From Macrostomum lignano (lineage: Eukaryota): a DNA stretch of 64,000 bases. Location: assembly GCA_002269645.1 (NCBI GenBank), contig NIVC01000033.1, forward strand, positions 299,335 to 363,334. The letters run 5' to 3'. A program made the position numbers and the translations under genes. Positions 24,801 through 44,227 of the stretch are shown here, in pieces (position 1 is the first letter of the stretch; the number at the start of each line of letters is the position of its first letter). The notes beneath the pieces were generated by a model. That model was given only the letters and a program-made list of their open reading frames with translations, did not search any database and was not told the origin of the DNA.

Positions 24801-27800
24801 AGATTACAATTCCCCAGTATGTCAGAGCCTGTGTCAGATTACAATTCCCCAATATGCCAGAGCCTGTGTCAGATTACAATTCCCCAATATGTCAGAGTCT
24901 GTGTCAGATTACTATTCCCCAATATATCAGAGTCTGTGTCAGACTACAATTCCCCAGTATGTCAGAGCCTGTGTCAGACTACAATTCCCCAGTATGTCAG
25001 AGCCTGTGTCAGACTACAATTCCCCAGTATGTCAGAGTCTGTGTCAGACTACAATTCCCCAGTATGTCAGAGCCTGTGTCAGACGCTACTCCCCGATCAA
25101 GACTCACCAGAACAGGCCGCTCAAACTCCAGCAGGGCGTGCAGGCCAGGCGGGCAGTCCCGCATGCTGGCCTCGTCCAGGTATTCGCAGAACTGCTCGGC
25201 CAGCGGCTGGTCGGGCCGCGGCGCCTGGAACAGCAGCAGGCTGGCCATGGCGGTCTCGTGGCCGAGGCTGACGTGCAGCTTGGACTTGGAGCGCACAGGC
25301 AGTTTGTAGTGCGGCACCGGAGACACCGGCAGCAGCAGGGCGTGGATGGTGGGCACGGAGCCGGGCGCGCACACCAGGCCGCGCTCGAGCAGGCGCGGGT
25401 CCAGCTGGGTGACGCAGAGGCCCAGCCGGTCGCCCTGCTGAGCGAAATCGACCGGCTTGCGGAATACCTGAGTTGGGGGGGGGGAGAGCTTGGCTCAGTA
25501 ATAATGCGAGCATATTACAGCTATACTACTGTGCTGTGACATTCTGGGTACACCAGCAACTCAAAGCCTTTTAGTGCAAAATGATGTTACTACTGCTACT
25601 ACTATATTAGTACTACTACAATTAGTACTACTAATAATATTAGTATTATCACTAGTACCACTAATACTACTACTATTAGTACTACTGATACTACCATTAA
25701 TACTATTGCTATTAGTACTATTACCTACTACAATTAGTACTACCAATACTATAGTACTACCACCACTACTACTACTACTACTATTATTACTACTACTAAT
25801 ACCACTACTACTATTATTACTACTACTACTATTAGTGCTACTACTACTATTAGTAGTACTACTACTACTATTAGTACTACTACTACTACTATTAGTACTA
25901 CTACTACTACTATTAGTACTACTACTACTATTAGTACTACTACTACTACTATTAGTACTACTACTACTATTAGTACTACTACTACTACTATTAGTACTAC
26001 TACTACAATTAGTACTACTACTACTATTAGTACTACTACTACTGTTAGTACTACTACTACTATTAGTACTACTACTAATACTATTAGTACTACTACTACT
26101 GATACTATTTACTGCTAATACTACTTTTCCACAAAGATAAATACATACGAGCTGACCTGCCGCCGAACACCCATGCAGAAAAAACATATTTTCAATGCCC
26201 CCCCACCCTATGACTGCCCCCTCCAGCCAGACAGCCGATCCCAGCCTCACCTGCATCCCTTTGACTCGACGCTGCTCGTGCGCGACCTCCACGGTGTCGC
26301 CAACGCGAACGCAGCCGGCCAGGACGGTGCCGGTCAGCACGGTGCCCTGGCCGCGGATGCCGAAGCAGTGGTCCACGGCGAATAGAAACGGACCGGCGGG
26401 GCTTCGAGTGGGCACCGGCGCGGTGGCAACCAGCTGCTTGACGAGATTCGCCAGGCCGATAGGCTCGGGAGCGGCGGCGTCGGGTGCGTCGCCTCCCGAC
26501 GGGCTGGCGGCCACGGCTGCCACGGGACAGTTGGCGAACTTCGTGCCGGCCAGGGTCTTCAGCAGGCGCTTGCTCAGCCGGTCCAGGGAGCGGTCGCGCT
26601 CCGCTTCCGGGAGGAGATCCACCTGCGATGAACCGCTTGGCAATGGAATTGTCTGGGAAATTCCCCTAGGCAATCTTGAAACCTACTGAAAAATTCCTCT
26701 AGAGAATTTCAAATCCTAACAGAAAAATTCCCTTACAGAATCTTAAATCCTACTGAGAAATTCCCCTCAGTAATTTTGAAACCTACTGAGAAATTCCCCT
26801 CAGTAATTTTGAAACCTACTGAGAAATTCCCCTCAGTAATTTTGAAACCTACTGAGAAATTCCCCTCAGTAATTTTGAAACCTACTGAGAAATTCCCCTC
26901 AGTAATTTTGAAACCTACTGAGAAATTCCCCTTAGTAATTTTGAAACCTACTGAGAAATTCCCCTCAGTAATTTTGAAACCTACTGAGAAATTCCCCTCA
27001 GTAATCTTGAAACCTACTAAGAAATTCTCGTATTTAAACATAAATCATACTGAGAAATTCCCCTACAGAATCTTAAATCCTACTGAGAAATTCCCCTAAG
27101 TAATCTTGAAACCTACTGAGAAATTCTCCTATTTAAACATTAAATTCTATTGAGAAATTCGAATAGAAAATCTAAAATCCTACTAAGAAAATTCCCCTAG
27201 CGAATCATAAATAATGCTGAAAAAATTCCCCTAGATAATCTTAAATTATCTCAGCGGATCTTAAATCCTGCTGAGAAATTCCCCTAGAGAATCTTAAATC
27301 CTGTTGAGAAAGTGCTTACACAAAGACTAAACAAATAACAGTGAGTTCGCACTCTGCACCTTATTGATGACGAGCAGCAGGCAGGAGCAGACGATCTCGG
27401 CCAGCACCAGGCACTCTGCAGTCTGGGTCTGGATGCCCTTAGTAGCGTCCACAACCAGCATCACCGCGTCGATAATCTGGGCACCGCCGATGACCGCACG
27501 AATAAGCGATGCGTGTCCGGGACAGTCAACCAGTGTGAACTGCAATTCGGCCGGTCGGCCCCAGCGCTCGGACAGTTCGGCCGGCAGCCGCCGCCAGGAG
27601 CTGCCAGTGGCGGAAGAGTCTTCCTCAGCAAAAGACACGCTGAAAGTTGAGAAGCCCAGGTCCAGGGTGATGCCGCGCTCCTGACTCTGTGGATTCTTGT
27701 CGAAGCTGGCCGTGCTGGCCTGGGTGCTCAGCGCCTTGGACAGCGAGGTCTTGCCGCTGTCCACGTGACCCAGCACGCCAATGTTCACGTTCAGCGGCAT
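21829..27800 (-). CDS. EEFSEC: Selenocysteine-specific elongation factor
   Basis: Exons 27360-27800, 26251-26622, 25108-25467, 23991-24251, 21829-22062 = 1668 nt, all phase 0. Motifs NVNIGVLGHVDSGKT, SQERGITLDLGFS, DCPGHASLI, FAVDHCFGIRGQGTV, GRIEGSFGQSGK. Confidence 0.95.
22230..23905. repeat. 21 bp minisatellite in EEFSEC intron 4
   Basis: (gaagtgaatcagaatctcata)n. Confidence 0.97.
24375..25083. repeat. 35 bp minisatellite in EEFSEC intron 3
   Basis: (cagagcctgtgtcagattacaattccccagtatgt)n. Confidence 0.95.
25580..26125. repeat. (TAC/TAT/TAG) trinucleotide tract in EEFSEC intron 2
   Basis: actactactattagt... repeated. Confidence 0.93.
26685..27300. repeat. 33 bp hairpin-unit minisatellite in EEFSEC intron 1
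   Basis: cctactgagaaattcccctcagtaattttgaaa. The unit contains the inverted pair tactgag/ctcagta. Confidence 0.92.
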
Positions 27801-29329
27801 GCCTTCAGTGCCGGGCACAGCTGCAAGGCGGCCACAAATCACTGCAGTCTCTGCGAAGTATTTTTCAATCTGATAGCTAGAATCCTGAGGTGCCTGACCC
27901 GCTAAAGGTGGCCAGGTGTGGCCTGCTGTGTACAGCTTGTGAAGCGCCAACAATAGACTTAGGCCGAGAAGCGTCCCAGAGTCATTTGCGTCGCCCCAGA
28001 CTCATAGCAAGTAACGCAGGTCCGAAATAGGAAAGAAGTGACTCTAGACGACTCTAAAACCACGAGATGTCTCGGTAAAAGTCGCCAAAGTCGTCAAAGA
28101 GTCGCCTAAGAACCAATTTGAGGCGTTTTATTGCCTGCGACTCTGAAACGACGTGACGCGAGTGACTCTGGGGCCGTAGAGTCATATCCACGGATATTAA
28201 AAAAATAACTAGATGGGCCACTCAGGCATATATACTTAGTAAAACAGCTTCCTACTTTCAGTTCAGTAGCAAAGAAGAATACATAAGCTATTTTATAAAA
28301 ATAGAGGCAGCTGAAATAACTTCGATAAGTTTAGAAGCCAATCTTGCAGGCGTAAACAACTTGCTAATTTGTTCAGCAATAATGTACATTAGCCAGTCCA
28401 CTGAAATGTACATGGCAGTTTTAGGGTGGAATTCCGAGAAAAGCAATAAAAATTGGGGTGGGCGGAGGGGGGTAGGGTGGAAGGGCGCGGTTGGAGGGTT
28501 TAAGCTGGGGGGGGGGGTAGGAGCCAATAAAGTATCCTTGGCTTTACAAATACATTAAAATGCTTGTCTAACCTACTACTGAACTGAAAGTAGCTTACTC
28601 GCAAATGTGCTGAGTGGCTTATCTAGTTATTCTAGTATCTAGCTGAGGCGTGCCAGAGTCGCTGTAGAATCACTGAGTTGCCTCTAAAGCGCATCTGCGC
28701 CAACTTATGAATTAGAAAGTTAAGCGCCAACAAAGGTCGACTTTTTTCCCGCCTCTCCGTCGCATTGCAGTCGTTTGAGTCGTTAAAAGGTCGCAAGTGT
28801 TGCCCCCAGAGAGTCGCTAGAGTCACTCTTTAGCGATTGTTGCCACTTCAGCTTAATTTGCCACTTGTTAGTGGTATGTTGCTTACTAACTGCTACCAAC
28901 TTTGCTTAACTTAGCGCCGATCGAACTGGGCCAGCGGAAATCGACATTAATTCAGTCACATCTTTTATAATTAATGAGTAGTCTGTATAAAACCAGTACT
29001 AATATATATTTAAGCAATATATTCACAATATTGACAAATTTATGGTGACAAGTTGCAAACAGTAATAAATCACATAGCACAGGTATTAAGTGACTTGGAA
29101 TCTTAATTAACAATATTTTAAATTAAAGCGAATGATCGATCAATATCATGCATTATTGCCAATCTGCTTGTCTCTTGGATCCAGCGTTAATTGGGTAATT
29201 TAAAATCGTTGATTCCGCAATCACTGTCCTGATTATTGAATTTTTATGAGCCAGAATAAGCAAAACAAGAGTGAAAATTTCTATAAAAGGGAGTTCGTTG
29301 TGAGGCTTGACTACAGTAGCTTATGTGTC

Positions 29330-29682
29330 TGCACTGTCTATCCACTGCTTAATTCATCTGTCTGCAGTGTCTATCCACTGCTTAATTCATCTGTCTGCCC
29401 TGTCTATCCACTGCTTAATTCATCTGTCTGCAGTGTCTATCCACAGCTTAATTCATCTGTCTGCAGTGTCTATCCACAGCTTAATTCATCTGTCTGCAGT
29501 GTCTATCCACTGCTTAATTCATCTGTCTGCACTGTCTATCCACTGCTTAATTCATCTGTCTGCAGTGTCTATCCACTGCTTAATTCATCTGTCTGCCCTG
29601 TCTATCCACTGCTTAATTCATCTGTCTGCAGTGTCTATCCACTGCTTAATTCATCTGTCTGCCCTGTCTATCCACTGCTTAA
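29330..29682. repeat. 33 bp minisatellite between BORCS5 and EEFSEC
   Basis: (gtgtctatccactgcttaattcatctgtctgca)n. Confidence 0.94.
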
Positions 29683-29908
29683 TTAGCGCAGCTCACCCTT
29701 TCACTGTGTAATGACAATGATGCATGGCAGGGCACCTTGCTGCAACGTCTTTGGCGACATCGTCCCACAACTAAAGCGCTGAGGCAATCTGCCCATTCCG
29801 CAGACTCCTGAACACACACAGGCGCGACAATACTGTACTCACGCAGGCTTCATCTCTGCGCCTTCATGGGTACGAGGCGGTGGATATTCAATGTTGCTGC
29901 TGATCAAT

Positions 29909-31541
29909 TCAATCTAATAGAGAATTCGCAGGGCTTGGCGTGGAGGCATTCGAGGCTCCGGCAGCGCGACTTGCTGCTGCTGCAGTGGAAACAGCAGAGC
30001 TGTCAGACTGCTGCTGCTGCGGCAGGGTGGACTGCCAGGAAAACGGCTCCAGCTGGCAGTCGGCTGGCAGAGCGGAGTTCAGCTCCTCCATCAGGGCGCC
30101 GAGGTGCCTGAAAAGGGGGGCGGCGGGCTGAAGCTGCAACTGACTGCAGGGCACAGACTGAATCTACCCTGAAGATAATTAAACTTTTAATATACGGATC
30201 ACTTATGCGTAAATAATATAAGCGTATTACAGAATCCGAACAATAGACTACAGAATCCGACTAATATGTTACAGAATCTGACCAATAGATTACAGAATCT
30301 AACCAATATATTACAGAATCTGACCAATAGATTACAGAATCCGACTAATAGATTACAGAATCTGATCAATAGATTACAGAATCCGACTAATAGATTACAG
30401 AATCTGACTAATAGATTACAGAATCTAACCAATAGATTACAGAATCTAACCAATAGATTACAGAATCTAACCAATAGATTACAGAATCTAACCAATAGAT
30501 TACAGAATCTGACTAATAGATTACAGAATCTAACCAATAGATTACAGAATCTGACCAATAGATTACAGAATCTAACCAATAGATTACAGAATCTGACTAA
30601 TAGATTACATAATCCGAACAATAGACTACAGAATCATGAGACTAATAGATGACAGAATCTGACCAACAGATTACAGAATCTAACCAATAGATTACAGAAT
30701 CTAACCAATAGATTACAGAATCTAACCAATAGATTACAGAATCTGACTTGTAGATTACAGAATCTGACTAATAGATTACAGAATCCGAACAATAGACTAC
30801 AGAATCAGACTAATATGTTACAGAATCAAACATAAATGCCAGAATCCAGTTTCAAACTCAGACTAGCCACAGTAGCCAGGCATTTCCTCACTTTGCGTGA
30901 CTCCGCATCCTGGTAAGCATGCTCCTCAGCTCAGTGACCTTGTGAATTTGCTCGGCCAGCCGCTGGAACTTCTTGTGCCGCTCCTGCAGGCTGTCGTGAA
31001 TGGACTTGGACCCGGCCTCCAGCTCCTTGATGCGGCCGCACAGCGAGTTCTGATCGAACGCCACGGCCTCGGCGCACTGCTTCAGGTGCTCCTGGTAGCG
31101 GGTGCAGAAGTGCAGCAGGCTGCGGTGGTCCACTCGCTCAGCGGCCGGAGCCGCCGACGCCGAGCTGTCCAAGGCGTGTCCGGTCGACGTGGCCGATGAT
31201 TTGATCAGCGGCATAAAAGTTGGTAGAGTGCCAAGCGCGCGCAACTCGTCGCTAACGGCGGCGCTGTCGGGCCTGGGGCCGGAGTTCACCACCACAATGC
31301 GATGCTTGCCATCGTCCGCAGTAGACGAACTGCCGCTCGCCGGAGCTGCCGCGGTGTTGGCAGCAGCCGAGTTTCCATGGAGATTAAAGTTTGACTGAGG
31401 CGGGCTGGAGTCGCTGCCAATCGGCCTGTTGACCGAATACTGGTGGCTGGCCGCGGCTTTGCCGGCCGCCGATGACGAGCCTCCGGGATGCTGGCGCCTG
31501 TCTGATGAAGCTCCGCCGCCGCTGCTGGACTCGTTGCCCAT
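29909..31541 (-). CDS. BORCS5: BLOC-1-related complex subunit 5 (myrlysin/LOH12CR1)
   Basis: join(30892-31541, 29909-30107) = 849 nt. N-terminal MGNESS (myristoylation-type Gly2), IVVV, P.FMPLIK, RYQEHLKQCAEAVAFDQNSLCGRIKE, ELNSALP...LEPFS. Confidence 0.92.
30225..30830. repeat. 21 bp minisatellite in the BORCS5 intron
   Basis: (ttacagaatctaaccaataga)n. Confidence 0.95.
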
Positions 31542-32054
31542 AGCAACTAAATTTTCTGCTCGAACTGCATGAGTGAAAATAGGATTTATGAATTTACTGG
31601 AAACAAACTACTGATGTTGCTACTGCTAGTAGAAATTCAAGAATATTTGCAGAATATTTCACCTAAATAAAAAATGAAATCAAAACAGACCAAAGACTTT
31701 CGTTCGCATTTTTTCTATCCAAATCCAGCGCGTTGCTCCAGCAATGGAGCAGCAGAAATTTACAGGGCGAAACTTTTTTGTATTAAAAAAGCTTTGAAAA
31801 TCTTGTTACTATTAAAGGCAGTTGAGAATTGAGGCAACAGAAATGCCAAATCATTGAAAAAAACCATGACAAGTCAAAACTTTAAAAGCAGCCATCAGTT
31901 CACAATAAGTAGACAAGAGTTTAACGAGTCAAGGATTGCTAACGCATCCACACAAGTAATCAGATATTACCAAATTAAGGGTTAGTTTTTGATATATTAT
32001 CCATATATTTATTCCAATTCAGTTCAAAACGTTAATTAACGCTATAATATAGGT

Positions 32055-32375
32055 TAAATATGACTCAAATGGGGTCAAAAATGATTCAAATATCGGTCAA
32101 ATGACTCAAATATGGGTCAATTATGACTCAACTATGGTTCAAATATGACTCAACTATGACTCAACTATGACTCAAAATATGACTCAACTATGACTCAAAT
32201 ATGGGTCAAATATGACTCAAATATGGGTCAAATGACTCAAATATGGGTCAAATATGACTCACACTATAGGTCAACTTTGACCCAAACAATGGGTCAACTA
32301 TGACTCAAATATGGGTCAACTATGACTCAAATATGGGTTAACCATGAGTCAGCTAAGACTCAACTATGACCTAAC
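32055..32375. repeat. imperfect tatgactcaa array (about a dozen TGACTCA motifs)
   Basis: Direct reading, in the WDR36-BORCS5 spacer. Confidence 0.8.
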
Positions 32376-32528
32376 AATAAGTGAACAGACTCCATTATGA
32401 ATATACTATGGTTCAATAACGGCCAATCAACGGCTTAAACAGAGGTGAAATGCTCATGACACGGAACTCCAGCTGCAAGCTGAGCAAGTGGAAAATCAGA
32501 TGATAAGCCTCAAAGTATCCCAGCAGCG

Positions 32529-38940
<6,412 letters not shown>

Positions 38941-39469
38941 CAGGAAGAGAGAGAATGTACTGTTAGATACTTAATATTTAAATGCGCGATTTTTTTGACT
39001 GTTTGCAATAACTAAATAAAGCTAGACATTATCTAGGCAGAATGCAGACAGACAGACAGGTAGAAAGATCGGTAGGACACAGAATCATTACATAATTTAG
39101 AGCTATGAAAAGAAAAATTCGGCTTATTTCTGGAGCGGCTTTGGCTCAATGTATTAAATAAGTTAAACAAACATTCGCAATTTGCTTCATAATGTAAAAC
39201 TGTTTGAGCACATTGAAACGCCGCATTGCTTTGGCGAACTTAGTTTATTAGAAAATGCACGGGGTAGGGGCACTAATAGGAGCAAATGCTAAGCTTATAT
39301 TTTAACGTGAATTTGTATAATAATAATAATAACATGCGCCTTATACCAAAAATTAGTTTACAAGACCAATACAAATACATGCGTGCTGGCTCACAGTGAA
39401 ATGCATATTTATGTAAATTTTACTCAACATTCACAAATATGTGCAATATTTTAATAACACATTACGACT

Positions 39470-39825
39470 ATAGCAACATCCCGATCCTGCCTAGCAACAT
39501 TCCAATCCCGCCTAGCAACATCCTGATCCTGCCTAGCAACATCCCAATCTTGTCCAGCAACATCCCGATCCCGCCTAGCAACATCCCGATCCTGCCTAGC
39601 AACATACCAATTCAGCCTGGCAACATCCCGATCCTGCCTGGCAACATCCCGATCCTATCTAGCAACATCTCAATCTCACCTAGCAACATTCCAATCCCGC
39701 CTAGCAACATCCCGATCCTATCTAGCAACATCTCAATCCCACCTAGCAACATCCGAATCCCGCCTAACAACATCCCGATCCCGCCCAGCAACATCCCGAT
39801 CTTGCCTAACAAGATCCCGATCGCG
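39470..39825. repeat. 21 bp minisatellite between PRIM1 and WDR36
   Basis: (ctagcaacatcccgatcctgc)n, degenerate. Confidence 0.88.
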
Positions 39826-39870
39826 TCAAATCTGTCAACCAAAGCCCGAGTCGCGATTGCACACAGCAAG

Positions 39871-41641
39871 CTACAGAATCTCGCCCCCATTGCTGGTATC
39901 CCGCAGCGCGGCCCCAGCAGCGGCAGCGCCGTCGGCAGCCTGAGCTTCGTCAGCGCGCAGGCTGTCAACAAACTTGGCAAACAATTCAATGGAAGCCTTC
40001 AAAGAAGTGGACTTGTAAGCCATGAGATGCGGCTTCTGTTGCTGCTGCTGAGCAGAGGCGGAACTGAGCTCGGCAAGCAGCTGGGCCAGGGTGGGCACAG
40101 AGTCCGGCTCGAAGCTGTCAACAGCCGCCGGATCGAACGGCACGCAGATTCGGCCAGTCTTGGGGTGGACGCAGAACGGCGCCTTCAACAGGTGATTGAC
40201 GCCGGTGCTGACGCCCACGTCCAGCCTGGGGTAGGCGTACTGGATCAGCAGCTGCTGCTCCACATCCTGCCGGCCTCGGCTCACGGCGAACTTGCTGATC
40301 GTCTTCCAGCGCTTCAAGGACGGATAGGCGTCGGGATCGGCCAGCCAGGAGGCCACGGCGGTGTCCGCCACCGAGCGGAGATCCTCGGGCAGCTGCGCCA
40401 ACAGGGCGCGGGTTCGATCCTCGGTGCCGAACAGATCCTGCTGACGGACCAGATCGTCGAATTGGCGACGAATAGCGTCGGCTGCCGCGGCCACGCTGGG
40501 GTGGCACTTCGGCGGCTGCTGCTGGCCCTGCTGGGGCTGCTTGTCTCCGGGCCGGCGCACCAGGGACAGGTACTCGATCACGGCGGTGCGAGCATTGGCC
40601 GACAGTTGCCGGGCGGTGCGGTCGCAAATCCAACAGTGAATGCCGCGACGGCCGGAGTAAACCCACAGCAGGTGGCGGAACCCGAAGTCGCAGCGCAGGG
40701 CCCGGTCCAGGACCTGGCGGTGCGGAAATCGGCTTTATATTAGTTGCCCACACCTGCTCCAGTCTTGCGCCAGGCCTGAGGCCCAACACCAGCCAAGAAG
40801 GGAATCTCAAACTAGCTTTGGGATCCGAGAACACCCAATGCCAGGCAAAGAACCGGAGCCAGCCCTGAAGCACCCCAAATCAGCCCCGAAGCACCTTCAA
40901 AACTAGGCATAACCACCAAAAGCTAGCCCTGAAGCACCAAAAGCCAGCCCTGAAGCACCCAAAGCCAGCCATGAAGCACCCAAAGCCAGCCCTGAAGCAC
41001 CCAAAGCCAGCCCTGAAGCACCATAAACGAGCCTTGAAGCACAATAAACCAGCCCTGAAGCACGCAAAGTCAGCCCTGAAGCACCCAAAGCCAGTCCTGA
41101 AGCACTATAAACGAGCCCTGAAGCACCATAAACGAACCCTGAAGCACGATAAACCAGCCCTGAAGCACGCAAAGTCAGCCCTGAAGCACGCAAAGTCAGC
41201 CCTGAAGCACCCAAACTCAGCCCTGAAGCACCATACCTGCACAGCGATCCGCATGAACAGCCAGCACTTTGAGCACACGCGAGCATCTGAGCAGCACAGC
41301 CGAACTCCGTCATAGTCGGTGAGGTCAATATCGATCACCAGCTCTTTCTCCTTAGCCTGGAAGGCCCCGCCGCTGACGGTCGCTCTGTCCCGCGGCCGGC
41401 AGCTGTACACGGCGCCGATGTCAATCTTCTCGGGCCGACGGTCCAGCAGGGCTCCGCGAAACTCGGACTCGTCATTGTAGCTGAGAAATCTCAGGTAGAT
41501 ATCATCGTGCAGGGTCATGGAGAATTCTCTGTTGGCAAAGTAGGCTGGGGATCTGTAGGACAGCCACTGCATCATCAGGTGGGTGGGGTACAGCCGCTTG
41601 TAGTAGGTGGCCAGCTCCTCCGGTAGCAGCTCCGCGCACAT
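39871..41641 (-). CDS. PRIM1: DNA primase small (catalytic) subunit
   Basis: join(41237-41641, 39871-40713) = 1248 nt. Motifs YYKRLYP, NREFSMTLHDDIYLRF, KIDIGAVY, KELVIDIDLTDYD, LWVYSGRRGIHCW, YPRLDVGVS, HLLKAPFCVHPKTGRICVP. Confidence 0.96.
40855..41232. repeat. 21 bp minisatellite in the PRIM1 intron
   Basis: (ccctgaagcacccaaagccag)n and variants. Confidence 0.92.
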
Positions 41642-41739
41642 GCTCAAAGGCTGCAGAAATAGGAAAGCAAAATCAAGCAAATTTAATCCCATCATCCCAT
41701 TTAATCTACATATCTATTACCACAACCATCCACCACGAC

Positions 41740-42495
41740 TATTCCCATCACACTGGAAATATCCCTATCACACTGAAAATGTCCCATCACACTGAAAATA
41801 TCCCCATCACACTGGAAATATCCCTATCACACTGGAAATATCCCATCACACTGGAAATGTCCCCATCACACTGGAAATATCCCCATCACACTGGAAATAT
41901 CCTTATCACACTGGAAATATCCCCATCACACTGGAAATATCCCCATCACACTGGAAATATCCCCATCACACTGAAAATATCCCTATCACACTGGAAATAT
42001 CCCTATCACACTGGAAATATCCCATCACACTGGAAATGTCCCCATCAAACTGGAAATATCCCTATCACACTGGAAATATCCCCATCACACTGGAAATATC
42101 CTTATCACACTGGAAATATCCCCATCACACTGGAAATATCCCTATCACACTGGAAATATCCACATCATACTGGAAATATCCCCATCACACTGGAAATATC
42201 CCCATCATACTGGAAATATCCCCATCACACTGGAAATATCCCCATCATACTGGAAATTTTCCCATCACACTGGAAATATCCCTATCACACTGGAAATATC
42301 CCCATCATACTGGAAATATCCCCATCACACTGGAAATATCCCCATCACACTGGAAATATCCCCATCATACTGGAAATATCCCCATCACACTGGAAATATC
42401 CCCATCATACTGGAAATTTTCCCATCACACTGGAAATATCCCTATCACACTGGAAATATCCCCATCATACTGGAAATATCCCCATCACACTGGAA
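41740..42495. repeat. 19-20 bp minisatellite just upstream of the PRIM1 acceptor
   Basis: (cacactggaaatatccccat)n. Confidence 0.95.
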
Positions 42496-42859
42496 ATAAT
42501 AAATAATCATGAATAATATTGACGAACAATTTTATTTGTGAAATAAATTACAATTATAAAATGTAGTCAATATTTACTTGCCATTGCAAATTCAAAATGA
42601 GCAATAGTTATAAACGATGAACTTAAAGACAATTCAATTAAAATACACTTACTAGTTAACAAACGGTTTATATAATTAGCACAATTAATAACATGCAGCA
42701 ATGTTTTAAAAGTTATCAATTGCAGCACAGACATGCAACAGACAGCGAGTTTTACTTTTTTATCAGGAGAAATGATTTATAAACGAAATAAAAAAAACGA
42801 ATAATTACACAATGTAAAATACTATTAATTTTAACACAAACAACTTTTAAAGTGAATAT

Positions 42860-43480
42860 TTCTAGAAGTCCATTCTTTTGATGAAAAAAACTTGTCACTT
42901 TTAAGAAACGTACGAGTAGATTAAGAACGCCAAATACTTTCTAAGAAACCCCAAGCCATTTACTTTCTAAGAAATTTGACTACTGACTATAAGAAAACAA
43001 GTACGATTTCGAAGATACGCCAGTTGATTTCTAAGAAACTACAGCTACTTTCTATGAAGACAAAATAATTTCTAAGAAACCTCAAGCCTTTTACTTTCTA
43101 AGAAATTTGACTACTGACTATAAGAACCACAAGTACGATTTCGAAGATACGCCAGCTGATTTCTAAGAAACTACAGCTACTTTCTATGAAGACAAAATAC
43201 TTTCTAAGAAACCTCAAGCTCTTTAATTTCTAGGAAACGTAACCGCTGTCTATAAGAACACACGTCGCTTAATAAAAAACTGTATCGGATTTTTTATGTC
43301 AGTCGATTTCTAAGAAATTACTGCTAATTTCTAAGAATACAGAAACCTCGAACCACTCAAATCCCAGGAAATTTAACTAATGAATAAAAAACAAATTGCT
43401 TTATTGAAAAACTGCCTATGATTTCTTAGAAAATCATCCACTTTCAACAGAACACGAAAAACCTGTAAGTTCCAAGAAAC
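42860..43480. repeat. AT-rich array of ttctaagaaa motifs with a ~130 bp higher-order duplication
   Basis: ttctaagaaacc(c/t)caagc recurs near 42940, 43070 and 43200. Confidence 0.75.
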
Positions 43481-43573
43481 CTAAACCAGTCATTTTATAA
43501 AAACTTCAGATTTTCATGGTGATATCCAATTAGTGATATTTATAAAAAATCAGTAGCTATATTGACTGTTCTG

Positions 43574-44195
43574 TCATCTCGGAGCATTATAGTAGCTGCC
43601 AGGATGCGAGGGAAACATCTGGACATGCTGCTGCTGTTGCTGCTGCTGCTGGTTGCTGTAGGCAGAATAAGCGGGCGGGGGTGGCGGCTGCTGCTGCTGC
43701 AGATGCGGAGCCACCGATACGGCTGAAGGTCTCTGGGCGTACATGGGAGCGGCTTGCTGCTGCTGCTGTGCGTGCTGCCGACCCACCATGGAGCGCTGAA
43801 GGGCATCGTTGGTGGCGGGGGCCTGGGCTCGCTGGACAGGGCCCGGCATCATCATGGCTGCACTGCCGCTGCCGCCACCGCGGCCACGAGCCTGCACCGG
43901 CGCCTGCTGGCGGAATCCCGCTGGATGCTGCTGCGGTTGCTGCTGCTGTTGCTGCATGTGATGAGGCATCTGCGGCTGATGATGCGGCTGGGGATGGCCG
44001 AAACTCGAGCCGACGCCGCCACCGGAGCCGTTCCAGGCGGCCGGCTGCGCTGGAGGCGGCGGTGGCGGAGGCGGCGGCGGCTGTAAAGCGTAGCCGGGAG
44101 CAGTGGCGGCCGGATGATGAAGATAGCCGTGGCCGTGAGGCGGCTGCTGGCTTGGCTGCTGCATCGCATAGCTGGTAGAAGAGGCCGGTTGCTGC

Positions 44196-44227
<32 letters not shown>

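Noticed and set aside
27960-28850. Clusters of gagtc/gactc motifs upstream of EEFSEC suggesting an inverted-repeat element
   Set aside because: Too degenerate to delimit.
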